Assembly (NCBI RefSeq): GCF_001194135.2 | Contig: NC_069002.1 | Span: forward strand, 1,310,530-1,360,230 | Source: Octopus bimaculoides | Taxonomy: Eukaryota | Direction of reading: 5' to 3' | DNA: 49,701 bases | Shown here: one piece after another, positions 12,063 through 25,245 of the stretch | Position numbering within the stretch: the first letter of the stretch is position 1 | Layout: the number at the start of each line of letters is the position of its first letter | Notes under the pieces: generated by a model | The model's input: only the letters and a program-made list of their open reading frames with translations | What the model was told of the DNA's origin: nothing | The model's database searches: none | Program-made: the position numbers and the translations under genes

Positions 12063-13851
12063 TTTACCAAAATTTACATTCATCAATAAAATACCGTTTA
12101 AAAATAAAACAAAGAGAGACTTTGACGAGAAGTTTGTTTGAAGGATATGACCAAAGCATTCAAGCGTTTACATTTTACACACGCGAAAATATACACCCTC
12201 AAATAAATATACGCGCGCACACACACATGCAAATATATTATATACGCACTTCCATTCGAAACACACGCAAGAACCACATCCAAGCGTACGTGAGTATAAG
12301 TACGTGTGTATATCTATATATATGTCTGTCTGTCTGTATGCATGTATGTGTGTCTGAATGTCTTGTATGAGATTGAGTGCTTATGTATATGACTGATATA
12401 TATATATATATATATATATATGCATGTGTGTATACATATATATATTTACATATATACATGCATATATATATATATATATAATTTATATACACACAGATAT
12501 AAATAAATATATACTCACATATATAAATGGATAAATGTAAATATACAAATATATAAATAAAAATATATATATATGTATGTATATGTGTGTGTGTATGTAT
12601 ATGTTATACGTACATATATATATGTCTGTATTACTATTGATGTATGACACCATCTAGTTAAATCTGACTCGTAGCGGCCATTTGGGATATTTTCGTCCAC
12701 AAGGCTTTGCTGGCACATTACCGAGGTGGCTTGCCGTCATCCTCTTTTAGACATAGATATACGCATGAGTGAGTGAGTGTGTGCGCGTGCATGTGTGTGC
12801 ACGTGCATGTATGTACGTACGTATGCATGTGTGTGTGTAATAAATAATAGATATTTATATATAAAATATACATATATACATGTATAAATACATTTTGGAA
12901 TATATATGGAAATCTAGTAGGATATAATCAAGACATATTAGAGCGGGTAGTTATGGTCAACGACTAGGTAGCTGTAGGGAGTCGGGCCACTGAAGGACTT
13001 GAGTTGGTAAACGATCACGTTAATTTACGGCGGGTTCATCAATGCTTGGGGACTATTAGTGGGCCCGTTCAGAGACCTCATTCCCAAATGTAGCTGCCAT
13101 CATAGGTAAAACTATATGCATGTCATTCCAGAGTTGTTAAATAACAACAAACACGAGGATGTTCGTAGCAATGACAATAACAGCACGAAAGAACAGATTA
13201 AAACCATCCTGCCTATACCAGTAAAATGACGGGATGGTCACTGTTTGAACGTCTTTGAGAACAGTTCTATCGACGCTTTCAAGGGTTGCCTTTGAATAAA
13301 ATACTTTCAACATCAACAACAACTACAAGAAAAGAATTAAATAATAAATGTAAACGAATAGAATTCCTCGCAGTTATATGGCCAATATCGATTGTCAGTC
13401 AACCTGACAACATTGATTAAATATCTTTGAAGAATATATATTTTAGAATAACGATTTATGGCTAATTAAAAATAATTAAGCGTGGCCGTAAACAAGTTCG
13501 ACAGAATCTCCCCCAGTAAATGAGAGAAATTCTACCTGGTCATCATTCGATCCCTAACAAATAGCAACCGAATCTCCCTCTAATCACACGGTGCCAATCG
13601 ATGTCTTTCGTTTCCATGACGTTCTTCATATATTTGTACAACTTAAAGAACGTTTATGTAGTCCCTCGACGTAGAAATAGCAGCCACATGTCTCTCTAAT
13701 CAGACTATAACGTCCTAGGAATATATTTGGCAATGAATGACTAGATACGCCAGCAAAAATCGGAGTGTCACGACTGGAGTGTCATTTATTATAAGTTTCT
13801 TTTATCAGGGATGACCCGGCCAAAACAATAACAGTAACAACAACAAGAAGA

Positions 13852-13882
<31 letters not shown>

Positions 13883-14774
13883 TAACGACAATCATAGAGC
13901 ATTAAAGACGAGAAACCATTTTAACAAATGCAGTTAAAGAAGAAAGGTCCAATGGGGGATCGAATGATTTTGTTGCCAGAAATAGGGCACAACTAATTGG
14001 TTTGTATCAGTAGATAATTACGGGATCAATACAAAAGCAAAAAAGAGATGCAGGGTTTTTCTTTCATCCTTGCTGGATAAAATTAGTATTTGGCAAATAC
14101 AGCGACGGTTTTAATAAACTTAACCCACCCACCCACAATGTGTTGTTTTTGTACCTAAACAAAAAAAAAAGAGGGTTTAAAGGAGCCTATTTTCATGGCA
14201 CCAGAAGACAGACTTCTGTTGAAAGTGTCACCGGAAATTTATATCATTTTATGGAAATAGTTGGGAATGAGCCTATTTCCCGTGTCTATTTTCCTTAAAA
14301 AAAAAAGAGGAATCAAGCAATTTTGACAGATATCCTCTCTGCCAGGGAGCTCAGATTACCACTCTTTATTTTTCATTATTTTCCTGAAACTTTATATATG
14401 TATTAACACAAGACCAACTATTTCGCTGCTACCTGGTGACTTACACAGTTTCACTATAATTTGCTTCGGAATGGCCGATATTTGTCTTCCACGCAGTGAA
14501 TGCTTTAGTTTTCCCTTCACGGTCTCCGATCCAATCACTTGTCAGACACATGTACACACTCCTGAATATACAGTTTTATGTATTCTGCTTCATTCGTTAT
14601 TCCTACCCTTTAGACAATCATTATTTTAACTTACCAGTAACCATTGTGAAACCAGTTTTATTTACATTGTTGTGTTAAATCTTTATTCATGGATTTATAT
14701 GTCCATGGATTTTTACCTTTCTAACTTATCTCCTTAATCAAATTGATCAATAACTTCCGACAAATATGTCGTCC

Positions 14775-14850
14775 TGAGTCACTTTAAAGTAACGACTATC
14801 ATGAAAGGCAAAAATGACTTCGGTAGCTTTTTGGAATATGCTCAGTTGAA
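14775..14850 (-). mobile_element. SINE family A fragment
   Basis: ATGAAAGGCAAAAATGACTTCGG..GCTCAG. Confidence 0.5.
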
Positions 14851-14859
14851 ATTCTTCCA

Positions 14860-15013
14860 AGGACAACAAATAAATCCAATTTGGTCACATTGCATGAGAG
14901 CATCTTGGTCAATGTATGAACTTTTCAACCGAGCCTCATATGATCAAAGTAGTACGACCATGACTATCACCAATGATATCTCCTATACCTACGATGACAT
15001 CGTACTGCTTTAG
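14860..15013 (+). mobile_element. Possible RTE-like LINE reverse transcriptase relic
   Basis: The frame reads QGQQINPIW...ELFNR...TITNDISYTYDDIVLL, echoing the QG..LSP.LF, LFN and YADD-IVLL motifs in order. It is heavily diverged. Confidence 0.35.
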
Positions 15014-15796
15014 GACGTACGATGTGGAATTTTGATTACTATTTCTAGCAGGATTCAAGACCACGTTGGAGTAAACTCAGTGGCTTAAATTATTAATTTT
15101 AAATTATAAGTAGCAAAATACGTCAGAAACGAAATATAGGAATAAGACGAGTCTTTATAACCGAACTTAAATACCTATCATTTTACGAGTATAAAATGCC
15201 AAATATTTTAATATTAATATTAAATGTATAAATGCGTTGTATAGTGTGTGTGTGTGTGTGTGTGTGCGTGTGTGTGCGTGTGTTTGTGTGTGTGTGAGGC
15301 GGGTAGGAAATATTTGAGCTTATATGATTAAATATGTACTGAGATGAATACACGCACACATTGGCATAGAACAAGCAGACACATTCACATACACGCACAA
15401 ACATGCACTTATTTATGTATGTGTGTTTGCGTGTGTATATAAATGAAATAAATAAACAGATGTATGTATGTATATATATAGATATAGATATATGCATACA
15501 TTCCTCCATGCATACGCACAACCATAATACAAATATACATAATCCTCTACACATACATGCGTAGAAATTAATACAGATTCATTTCATTCTTTCTTTATAT
15601 ACGCAGATATATGCAGATATATGCATGTATTGCATATAATATATGTGTGTGTATGTGTGCGTGCGTGTGTGAGAGAGAGAAAGTGTGAGAGAGAGGCATA
15701 AGAGATATTTGAAAGATTAACCCTGGTAATTTGAAATGATATGAAAACTTGCTGTTTTTCATTTAAGCAAACTGAACAACAATCTAGAATCTTCTT

Positions 15797-15831
15797 ACAG
15801 ATGTTTCGGGTTAATTGTGCCTCTTCAGTGT
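15797..15831 (-). ncRNA. Minimal type I hammerhead-ribozyme-like motif (candidate)
   Basis: The minus strand reads ACA-CTGAAGA-GG(10 nt)CC-GAA-ACAT-C-TGT: intact core, 3-bp stem I, 2-bp stem II. Confidence 0.45.
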
Positions 15832-15946
15832 TGTATCACACCCATTCAACTGTTTTATCGTCTTGAAACCAGGACATTCTATGCTTGAATGATTTCGGTA
15901 TTAGTGCTTCACTGGAAATATCCTTCCTTTATACTTTACCAGTACC

Positions 15947-15985
<39 letters not shown>

Positions 15986-16370
15986 NNNNNNNNNNNNNNN
16001 NNNNNNNNNNNNNNNNNNNNNNNNNNNNNNNNNNNNNNNNCATATGCATATATATATATATATATGCATATGTGCGTGTGTGTGAATGTGTGTGTATTCG
16101 TCTTTCTCTACCCTGTGAAATCACGACCCACGGTCGTTAAGCAGATTTCGTTTGCACAAGAGAAGGTCATGTTAGAAACGCCGTTTATCATGCACGATCA
16201 GGAATGACCAACGGCTAAACAACAAATCATAAATGAGACTGCTAAGTCCAACCTGCGGCGGCGGCTCAACCGCAACACCGCCAAACACAACAAGTACCAC
16301 TAGTACTACCACCAACACGATCATCACCCTCACCACCACCACTGCTACTACTACTGCTACAGGCCTGCAG

Positions 16371-16628
16371 TTAAGGAACAGCAAAAACAAAAAGGAACAG
16401 CAGCAGCGAAACGTCCACGACTAGAGTGATAACAAGACTTGTTATATCATCGTGCACATCAGCAACACGAAGCCGGCGAGCAGCAGCAGTAGTCGCAGCG
16501 GTAGCAACATGAGCAACATTGGCAGTCGAAGAAGAAGTAGCCATATTAGCAGCCTGTGTCGACGTCAAGCTGCCAGCCACTTGTGCTATGATGCAAACTA
16601 TGAAGATGAGAGCTAAACAGTATTTCAC
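16371..16628 (-). CDS. Candidate 85-codon secreted/membrane micro-ORF with GTG start (possibly disrupted)
   Basis: Signal-like N-terminus KYCLALIFIVCIIAQVAG, S/T/A-rich middle and hydrophobic C-terminus. There is no in-frame ATG at the start (context AAC-ATG-TGA). Not a recognised family. Confidence 0.25.
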   Translation of the reverse strand: MKYCLALIFIVCIIAQVAGSLTSTQAANMATSSSTANVAHVATAATTAAARRLRVADVHDDITSLVITLVVDVSLLLFLFVFAVP

Positions 16629-16767
16629 ATGTTAGCACTGTAGTCTTAGATTTCGACATCAGTCAGTGGAGAGAAACGCTGAAGCTGCGATAGAAGATCG
16701 GCCAAGAGGCTGATATCAGCGCTGTCTTATAGCGGAGAGGCTATTGCAGTTGGGTTCTTAAGCGGGG

Positions 16768-16777
16768 TTTATATAAA
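16768..16777. promoter_or_regulatory. Palindromic TATA-box-like element TTTATATAAA
   Basis: TATATAAA reads on both strands. On the minus strand a CA dinucleotide lies 30 nt downstream (16746-16745). Confidence 0.3.
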
Positions 16778-17063
16778 GTGGGATGAATATAATACATATT
16801 GGCAAAAATACATACAGATATATATATGTACGTCTCTCTCTCTCTCTCTCTCCCTATATATATGCATACATACAAACAGTTGTGATTCAGGATCACAACA
16901 GTCCGACGAACGAGAACACGAAACTTTGAGTAGCAGTTTTTTTGTGACTTTTTTGAAGCTTTAATAATAAAATATATAACTCTACTTCAGGTATTGGGCC
17001 CAATAGTTTTCCCCTTTGTTTCCCATTTATGCATTTATGTGCTTCCTCTGGTGTGTGTATGCA

Positions 17064-17103
<40 letters not shown>

Positions 17104-17607
17104 TGTGTGTGTGTGTGTGTGTGTGTATTTATCTATGTACTTATACATGCACTCACAGAAACAAAGTATGTGTGAATAGATTTGATAGAAGGAAAATGAA
17201 AGCCCGTCGTATATATATATATACATTTGCATACCATATGACCGTGTGCGTTCGTGTATGTGCACCCTCATGCACATGTGCACGGCCAAATATATATGTG
17301 CATATATATATATATATATATGCCCCTATTTTTAGACATGTTATATATATAGATAGATACACATGTATACACAAACAGTGACACACACTCGCACACACTT
17401 ATACATGTATGTATAATTGCATTATATAATACAAATGTATAGAGATAGTCAAAAAGGAGAACGACACTCAAATATACATAAAAGCGTAAAATTATACGCA
17501 TTTATCCATACTCATTCACATAGAACCGTCAAAAACACATATACAAGCATACGTATAGAGGCATGTATAGATACACATGCACACACATACTAATAACACA
17601 AATATAA

Positions 17608-17655
<48 letters not shown>

Positions 17656-18027
17656 GCTACGTAGATATAGACACTAAAATTCTATACATGTTTATATATA
17701 TGTGCATAATGTTGGTGTGTATGTATGATGCTTATATGCATGTATATATATATATACATGTGTACACACAAGCATTCGTGTATGTGATGGAATTTGTGGA
17801 AATATAGAGTGAATTGAAGTTAATGCTTAATGATAAGTAGCACAATGCCACGAGTTTCAGATTTCAAGTCCCAATGGTGTCAAAACCGTTCGAGATGCCT
17901 CCGGGGTCGGGTATGGAGGAAGAGTGTTGGGTTGGTGTTTTAACACACAAAACCTTGCCCCACCAAACGACACTTAGGGATCACGTGTCCCTTGGTCGTT
18001 ACACATCCATCTGTCCATCCACACACA

Positions 18028-18075
<48 letters not shown>

Positions 18076-18494
18076 TATAAATCAATATATATATACATAT
18101 ATATGTATATATATATATGTACGTATATTGCATATATTTAGTATATACACATGTACGTATAAATGTGTCTATATATATATATATACTGATGCATACATGG
18201 ACATGTGTTTATACATAATTATATATACATATGATACTTCTATATATAATTAAATATATATTAAAATGTAAGGTCGAATATTGTGATTAATAAATTAAAC
18301 ATGTCTGCTTAATTTTTGTCAATTAACATATTCATATTCGGTAAGGCACACGCAGGCGTAATCACATTCGCGCGCACACACAAAAACCCAAGCAGAATAA
18401 ATGGATGCATATTACAAACCCCGACATATAAGTTTACTATACATGTGTAATATTAGCAACAAAGTGTTTTGCTTGCAACATTATATATACACAC

Positions 18495-18547
<53 letters not shown>

Positions 18548-18876
18548 NNNNNNNNNNNNNNNNNNNNNNNNNNNNNNNNNNNNNNNNNNNNNNNNNNNNN
18601 NNNNNNNNNNNNNNNNNNNNNNNNNNNNNNNNNNNNNNNNNNNNNNNNNNNNNNNNNNNNNNNNNNNNNNNNNNNNNNNNNNNNNNNNNNNNNNNNNNNN
18701 NNNNNNNNNNNNNNNNNNNNNNNNNNNNNNNNNNNNNNNNNNNNCACACATAATGATATTATGGTTTATAACAATGATATTGTAGTTTATATCTGTGGCT
18801 TAGTATGCGTAAAAACACAAATAACGGTAAAAGATTATCAATTATTAATTGAGAATACTAACAGGCAGTGCCTTAA

Positions 18877-18931
<55 letters not shown>

Positions 18932-18933
18932 TC

Positions 18934-19213
18934 AGGCGCAAGAGTGACTGTGTAGTAAGTAACTTGCCTACCAACTAAATGGTTCTGGGTTCAGTCCCAC
19001 TGCGTGGCACCTTGGGTAAGTGGTTTCTACTATGGCCTCGGGCCGACCACAGGTTTGTGAGTGGATTTGGTAGACGGTAACTGAAAGAGGCCCATCGTGT
19101 ATATATATATATACTTATATATATGTGTGTGTTGGTGTGTTTACGTCCCCGTAACATAGCGGTTCGGCAAAAGAATCCGATAGAATAGGTGCTAGGTTTA
19201 CATGTATAAGTCC
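18934..19213 (+). mobile_element. tRNA-derived SINE, family B (CORE-like central part)
   Basis: AGGCGCAAGAGTGACTGTGTAGTAAG head, GGTTCAGTCCC B-box, CACCTTGGGTAAGTG central part and CGTAACATAGCGGTTCGGCAAAAG 3' part. Confidence 0.9.
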
Positions 19214-19220
19214 TTAAAGC

Positions 19221-19257
19221 CCTTAAAGCCGGGAATTTTTCAGCACCCCCTCGTGTA
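19221..19257 (-). mobile_element. Solo mariner-like TIR
   Basis: The minus strand reads TA-CACGAGGGGGTGCTGAAAAATTCCCGGCTTTAAGG, resembling TA-CGAGGG-type mariner ends. Confidence 0.4.
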
Positions 19258-19570
19258 TAACTATGTTCGTATATGTGTAGGAATATCAGAAAATACGTTT
19301 TAGAGTATGAATGATTTTTCTATCTGAGAATGCGAACCAGAATTCGTTTGCTTCTATGATTCTGTGAGCATATGTCTGTAAGTGTTGGCTTGGGCGTGTG
19401 TTTGTATGTATGTATGTATGTATGCGGGTGGATGCGTGTGTGTGTGTGTGAGAGATAGTGTGAGTGTATTTAAGGTGAAGTCCCCTCGGGATCGTTATCT
19501 TGGAATTGAGAGTATCTTGGTGTCTTGGATGAGACGTTGTAAAGGTTGATACAGAATGGATGCTCGTCCG

Positions 19571-19603
<33 letters not shown>

Positions 19604-19916
19604 NNNNNNNNNNNNNNNNNNNNNNNNNNNNNNNNNNNNNNNNNNNNNNNTATATATAGTGTCTTTCAGTGTATCGTGGAAATAGTGAGAGGACGGGGAG
19701 AAATAGAGAGACAAAGAGAAAAAAGCAGAGAGTGTAGGAGACGGACAAATGAACGCAAACTCAGGAGAGATAACAGAGGTGATATGTATGAGATGGGGCG
19801 TGATTGACACACACACATACATATATATATATACATATATAAGCCTAAAACACATGATTTGGTGAAGAGAGTGTGCAGTGATGAGAGATAGACACACAAA
19901 AATATTGTAGTGAACC

Positions 19917-19947
<31 letters not shown>

Positions 19948-20105
19948 TACAAAGGAAGCGAGAGAGAGAGAGAGAGAGAGATGGAGAGTTGAAATTGTGA
20001 TAAGATTGTGCAACTGGTAAAACCATTAGCAAAATTCTACAGGATCGTGATATCATCTCGAATATCTTAAGAGATAGTAAAATATCGAGTTGTGTGTGTG
20101 AGTAC

Positions 20106-20158
<53 letters not shown>

Positions 20159-20224
20159 CACACCTTTCAATAGATATATATGTAATAATAATAAATATAA
20201 AATTAATTATAAATGCTTCAAAAT

Positions 20225-20340
20225 TTGGCAGACGACCAGGAATTTCAGGGGCAAAGGGATTTCAAAACAACAGGCTCTGCACTTGACTAGTGCTTAATTG
20301 TATCGAGCCTGAAAAATGAAAGGTAAACTTTACCTCGGAT
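20225..20340 (-). mobile_element. SINE family A, degenerate
   Basis: AATGAAAGGTAAACTTTACCTCGG and tail remnants. Confidence 0.5.
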
Positions 20341-21558
20341 GCTTACTTGTATGTATGTATATTATATATATATATGATATATATATATATATATATATAT
20401 CATTTATATAGGATGCGATGGTTAAATTGTCGGCATTGTTTTTTTTTTATTTCATGCATGCACATTGCTTGTTTTTGATTTTGTCGACTACACAGTATAG
20501 TAGGGTTAGTTGGGCACCGACTGTAAGAAAAAAAAGCACCATGACGCATTTCACTCTGCTTAACCATTTTCTCACACCGTCTCCGATGAATGGATATAAT
20601 AAATATCCTGGAAACAGCTGTAAGACTTATTTATAAATGCTCTAATACCTTCACACCCCTGGTTATTACATTATATTATATTATATTATATATTATATCG
20701 ATGCATAAAGATCTAGGGATCCAAGTGTAGGAAGTTTGTAAGCTTCAATCAGTCCGTGGCAGGTATAGAAAACAAAAAATGAACAGTGTATGACAATTTA
20801 TTGGCGTTGAAGGTTACACATTTTCCCCCATATCGAAGTCAAAAGGAAATTCGATAAGCTGAAAGTTTCTTTATACCTCATGGTTAGCGACTAGAATTGT
20901 TGTGAACGCAAGCAGAAACCAAATTGAAGGAATGGAACGGGTAAAATCCAGGATGTATATGTTTCTTAACGAGCTGATCCTCTGGTGCAATAATTACTCC
21001 ATGATGGTTTTTCAACTTAGCTAACCAACAGGCAGAAAATACCATTAATTACATGGATGTTATATTGTCGCTTGGAATCCCCAAATTAGCTCACCATAGA
21101 GTTCAATTTACCTTTTCTATGGTGCCCGACCTTCTTCTGGTGTCCTGAGAACCTCTTTATTTTCCTTCATAATTAAATCAGCGCTGGGACCACTCCAGTT
21201 ATAAATGTGCTACAAATAGCTATGAATAACTTATTTCTGTGATGAAGGGGAAAACATTGATCTTTCACTGATGAAATTTTAATAAAATCAAAATCCAGGT
21301 AGATCGATACATTTTTTTTTCTCACCATAGACAGATGAATCTGTGATATGATAACTTTATTTACATATGACAGGGAGGTCAAATTTTATGTTTATATATA
21401 ATAAAAGATTAACTTCGGCTTCAAATTATTCTGACAACATAGCGGATAGTTCGCCAATAGTAAACACAAAAATCATGGGAGCATGTGTGTATCTTTATCT
21501 ATCTACTACTTGCTTATCCGGTTATCTATTTCTATGTATGTATGCAAGTATGTATGAC

Positions 21559-21598
<40 letters not shown>

Positions 21599-21823
21599 NN
21601 NNNNNNNNNNNNNNNNNNNNNNNNNNNNNNNNNNNNNNNNNNNNNNNNNNNNNNNNNNNNNNNNNNNNNNNNNNNNNNNNNNNNNNNNNNNNNNNNNNNN
21701 NNNNNNNNNNNNNNNNNNNNNNNNNNNNNNNNNNNNNNNNNNNNNNNNNNNNNNNNNNNNNNNNNNNNNNNNNNNNNNNNNNNNNNNNNNNNNNNNNNNN
21801 NNNNNNNNNNNNNNNNNNNNNNN

Positions 21824-21930
21824 TAGCGACGAAAATCTTCTGGAATCTTTAAATCCCAGATGGAAAGAAGAGCTTCATCAGCAATTTCCATGTTCTTGAG
21901 CAATTCTTTCATTATTCTCAAGCAATACAC
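21824..21930 (-). mobile_element. RTE-like LINE ORF2 fragment running into a gap
   Basis: KELLKNMEIADEALLSIWDLKIPEDFRR resembles the RTE-clade segment E.LK.GG..LL...IW....IP.DFRDA just upstream of the RT domain. Confidence 0.5.
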
Positions 21931-22039
21931 ATTTATATACTGAAGTTTTTTTTACATCAGAAAAGATAGACTTCTGGATATAAATAGACACACAAGCACA
22001 TTCACATAGAAATCATGTACACACACGCACACACATTTA

Positions 22040-22405
22040 TTCTTTTACTTTTTCAGTCATTTCACTGCAGTCGTGCTGGAGCACCGCCTTTAGCCGAACA
22101 AATCGATCCCAGGACTTATTCTTTGTAAGCCTGGTATTTATTCTATTGATTTCTCTTGCTGAAGCGCTAGATCTCGGGGACATAAACACACCAACATTGG
22201 TTGAGAAGCGATATTGGAGAAGGGTCTAACACAGACATGCAAACATAGACATGTATATACGACGGGCTTCTTTCAGTTTCCGTCTACCAAATCTACTCAC
22301 AAGGCTTTGGTTAGCCCGAGACTATAGCAGAAGACAGTTGCCCAAGGTTCTGAACCCGGAACCATGTAGTTGGGAAACAAGCTTCTTAACACACAGTCAC
22401 GCCTT
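22040..22405 (-). mobile_element. SINE family B, near full length
   Basis: Reverse complement of head, body and tail (GCTGGAGCACCGCCTTTAG; GACGGGCTTCTTTCAGTTTCCGTCTACCAAATC), with a small internal deletion. Confidence 0.9.
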
Positions 22406-24267
22406 TATGTATATAGTTTATGGGCGCGCGTGTGTGTGTGTGTGTGCATAAAAAAAGTATCATCGTTCCGCCTTATATTAATTGGTGCGGCGAACAAACT
22501 TACTCTATTTACTCCTGGAACAACCTCCAAGATTTCTTTTTCTGAGTCTTCAACTTATTTTCTTTATTCAGCATTTTTTTTTGTTTTGTGTTTTATTTCG
22601 TAATGTTTTACTACGTTCTTGTTTTTTTTAAGAGATAAATATACAAAAATCTTTTGTTGTATTTAGACAAACTTCTACATCAATCCACTGGGGACCACCA
22701 CCGCCGAGCTGGCGAGAGATCGTATTGGTGGTCGCACTACATGAGAGAAATAACAGCAAAATCTTCCTCAAATTTCACACCCTATTTCAGGATGGGTACG
22801 TTGCATAATGTTGTTTTAGATAAACTATATTTTTTTTAAAAAAATAACCGACGAGATGGTCATACATCGAACGCCTTTTATCATAGTTCTACTTGATCAA
22901 GGCTGATAGTGGAGGCAGTTGTTGTAACGTTAATTATAAGTTTTATCTCCCTTATTTGTTGTTTTTAGATTGACACATCTCTAGAGGGAGTTTTTTAGCC
23001 TATTAGTTGCATGGGTAACCTCAGTTAAGAGCGGATTCTCAACTCACTATTATATATATATATGAAATGCTACTCTATGTGTAGTCGTAATGTAGAACTC
23101 TCCCCTGAGGTCTCGTCCTAGGGCCAATTTGTCGAGATTCACAATTAGCATCTCAACATACCCCTCTCACTCTTTGTCGTACATATGAAGATATATATTA
23201 ATATATATGCACACGCACACACACACACATGCACGCACACATATATATTGGTATAAGGAATAGATTTTCTTTCATACGTTTCATTAAATACACGACTGTG
23301 TTCGAGATTTATCTTCTATATTTCAATATTCTCCTAATTTCTTGTTAGTGTTTTGCAGCTCGTTTGGATAAATAAATGTCCTAAATTCTTCTTCCTGGAT
23401 TCATTATTTGCTGCCTCCAGATCTTTATACTCTTTTTCAAGAGATAAAATAGATTTTGTGTATGTTTATTCCAATACACAAATTGAATCCACGTAGAATT
23501 TTACGTCAAACAGAATTAACAGGAAAATATGAAAACTCTAGAAAAAAACTCAAGATAAAAAAACTTAAACACAGTCGTGTGGTAAATGAAACACATGAGG
23601 CCAAAAATCTCAATTTGGCAGGGTCTAGAGTGGTGCACAAAATTGTGTTTACATGTGTATTTTATTAATCTTAGAAGCATGATGGTAAAGCTAACTATCG
23701 TAGGGATTGAAGTCAGGGTCAAGTAGGGAGAGAAACGATACAAGAAAAAAACAATTACGTTATGAAGTCAAATGAAATAAAATATAAAGTCAAGCTTGTG
23801 TTGTAGGCCGCAAAAACAAATTTGCCAGCCAGAGGACATGATATGTGCTGGAGGGTGAGCGGGATCAAACGAGTAAATCACCACAGACGCCATTACATGA
23901 CTGGTACATTATTTTGCCGCTAGAGGAAAGATGGAAAAGCAAGTTTGAACGGCCGGATTTAAACTCTGGGCGTAAAGAGGCGGAGCATAAATCTGGAAAG
24001 CGGTTTGTACGATGATGAGGATGACGATGGTGGTGGTGGTGGTCATGAGGATGATGATGATGATGAAGACGACGGTGATAACGACAACGCAGCAGAATAA
24101 TTACGACAAGCACAACAGCCAGAAATACGGTAACGTTGAGAGGAAGAGAAGAAGGAGACAGAGGAAGAAGGAGGAAAGGATAAGCGATGTGTGTGTGTGT
24201 NNNNNNNNNNNNNNNNNNNNNNNNNNNNNNNNNNNNNNNNNNNNNNNNNNNNTACATGCATACATGT

Positions 24268-24300
<33 letters not shown>

Positions 24301-24406
24301 GTATGCATTTATCTATCTATATATATATATATAGATTCATATGCATGTATATGCATACATGTTTATATGTATATATATATATATATAGTATGCATTTATC
24401 TATCTA

Positions 24407-24458
<52 letters not shown>

Positions 24459-25132
24459 TAGCTAGCACCTCCCCCACGTGCCATCGACCTACTACCGACA
24501 TCGTTAATTACCTTCGATGGACCACTTCATAAACAGCTGCTCCCTCTGTGTGAATGCCGGTGGTAGTAGTAGTAGCAGTAGTGGTGGTGGTGGCGGCGGC
24601 GGTGGTTACTACAAAGAACTTACGATGCTGGTTGATAATGAAGTGGGCGGGTGATGGTGGTTGGTTAAAAATGCAGTGGTGGCCACATTAGCGGGCGTCT
24701 GTCGGTGGTTGTGGTAGTGGTGGTGGTGTAGTGCGCTGTGATGTGGTGGTGGTGTGGTCGTATTGGTAGTGCCAGTTCGTACCACAGTAGAAATGGACAT
24801 GTATGGGCAGTAGTTGATGTAACTGTAAAAACGTGGTGGCGGTGAGAGTGTTGTTGAGGTACAGGTCACAATGATTAATTAATCTACGCACTGGTGGTTA
24901 ATTAACCATACATATACACATACAACCCCCACACACACCCACGTACCCCCACACGTTTGCTTTATGTTTAGTTAAAATAAAAGCAATTTTAAACCAATCG
25001 GAAGGGTTGCTCCATGCATTTGTAGAGGACGAATCTATTATTATTTTACAAGAATAATATTGACTGTAATTTCGAAGTTTCGGCTAGCTAAGCGATACAG
25101 ACATGTACATACATACATACATGCATATGTAC

Positions 25133-25165
<33 letters not shown>

Positions 25166-25245
25166 GACGACTAGCTGGCTAGATGGATAGATAGATATAC
25201 ACTTATGTATGCACACGTAAACACATAATTATATAGTGCAAAAAA

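Noticed and set aside
11299-12141. 280-aa hydrophobic ORF suggesting a membrane protein
   Set aside because: A CT-rich tract cannot easily encode stops, so the L/S/F composition is an artefact.
16233-16616. Plus-strand ORF continuing in frame for 63 codons past a TAG (possible readthrough)
   Set aside because: Low-complexity T/S-rich antisense shadow of triplet repeats, with no readthrough context motif or recognisable domain.
18934-19010. tRNA genes at SINE heads
   Set aside because: A/B-box-like motifs are present, but there is no complete cloverleaf and they continue into SINE bodies.
21280-21320. VSIYLDF as a CR1-type RT motif
   Set aside because: The following KAFD motif and other RT motifs are absent; it is too short to support.
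24253-24430. Duplicated ~70-bp AT-rich unit next to a gap
   Set aside because: Composed of simple-repeat sequence at a contig edge; likely slippage or an assembly artefact.
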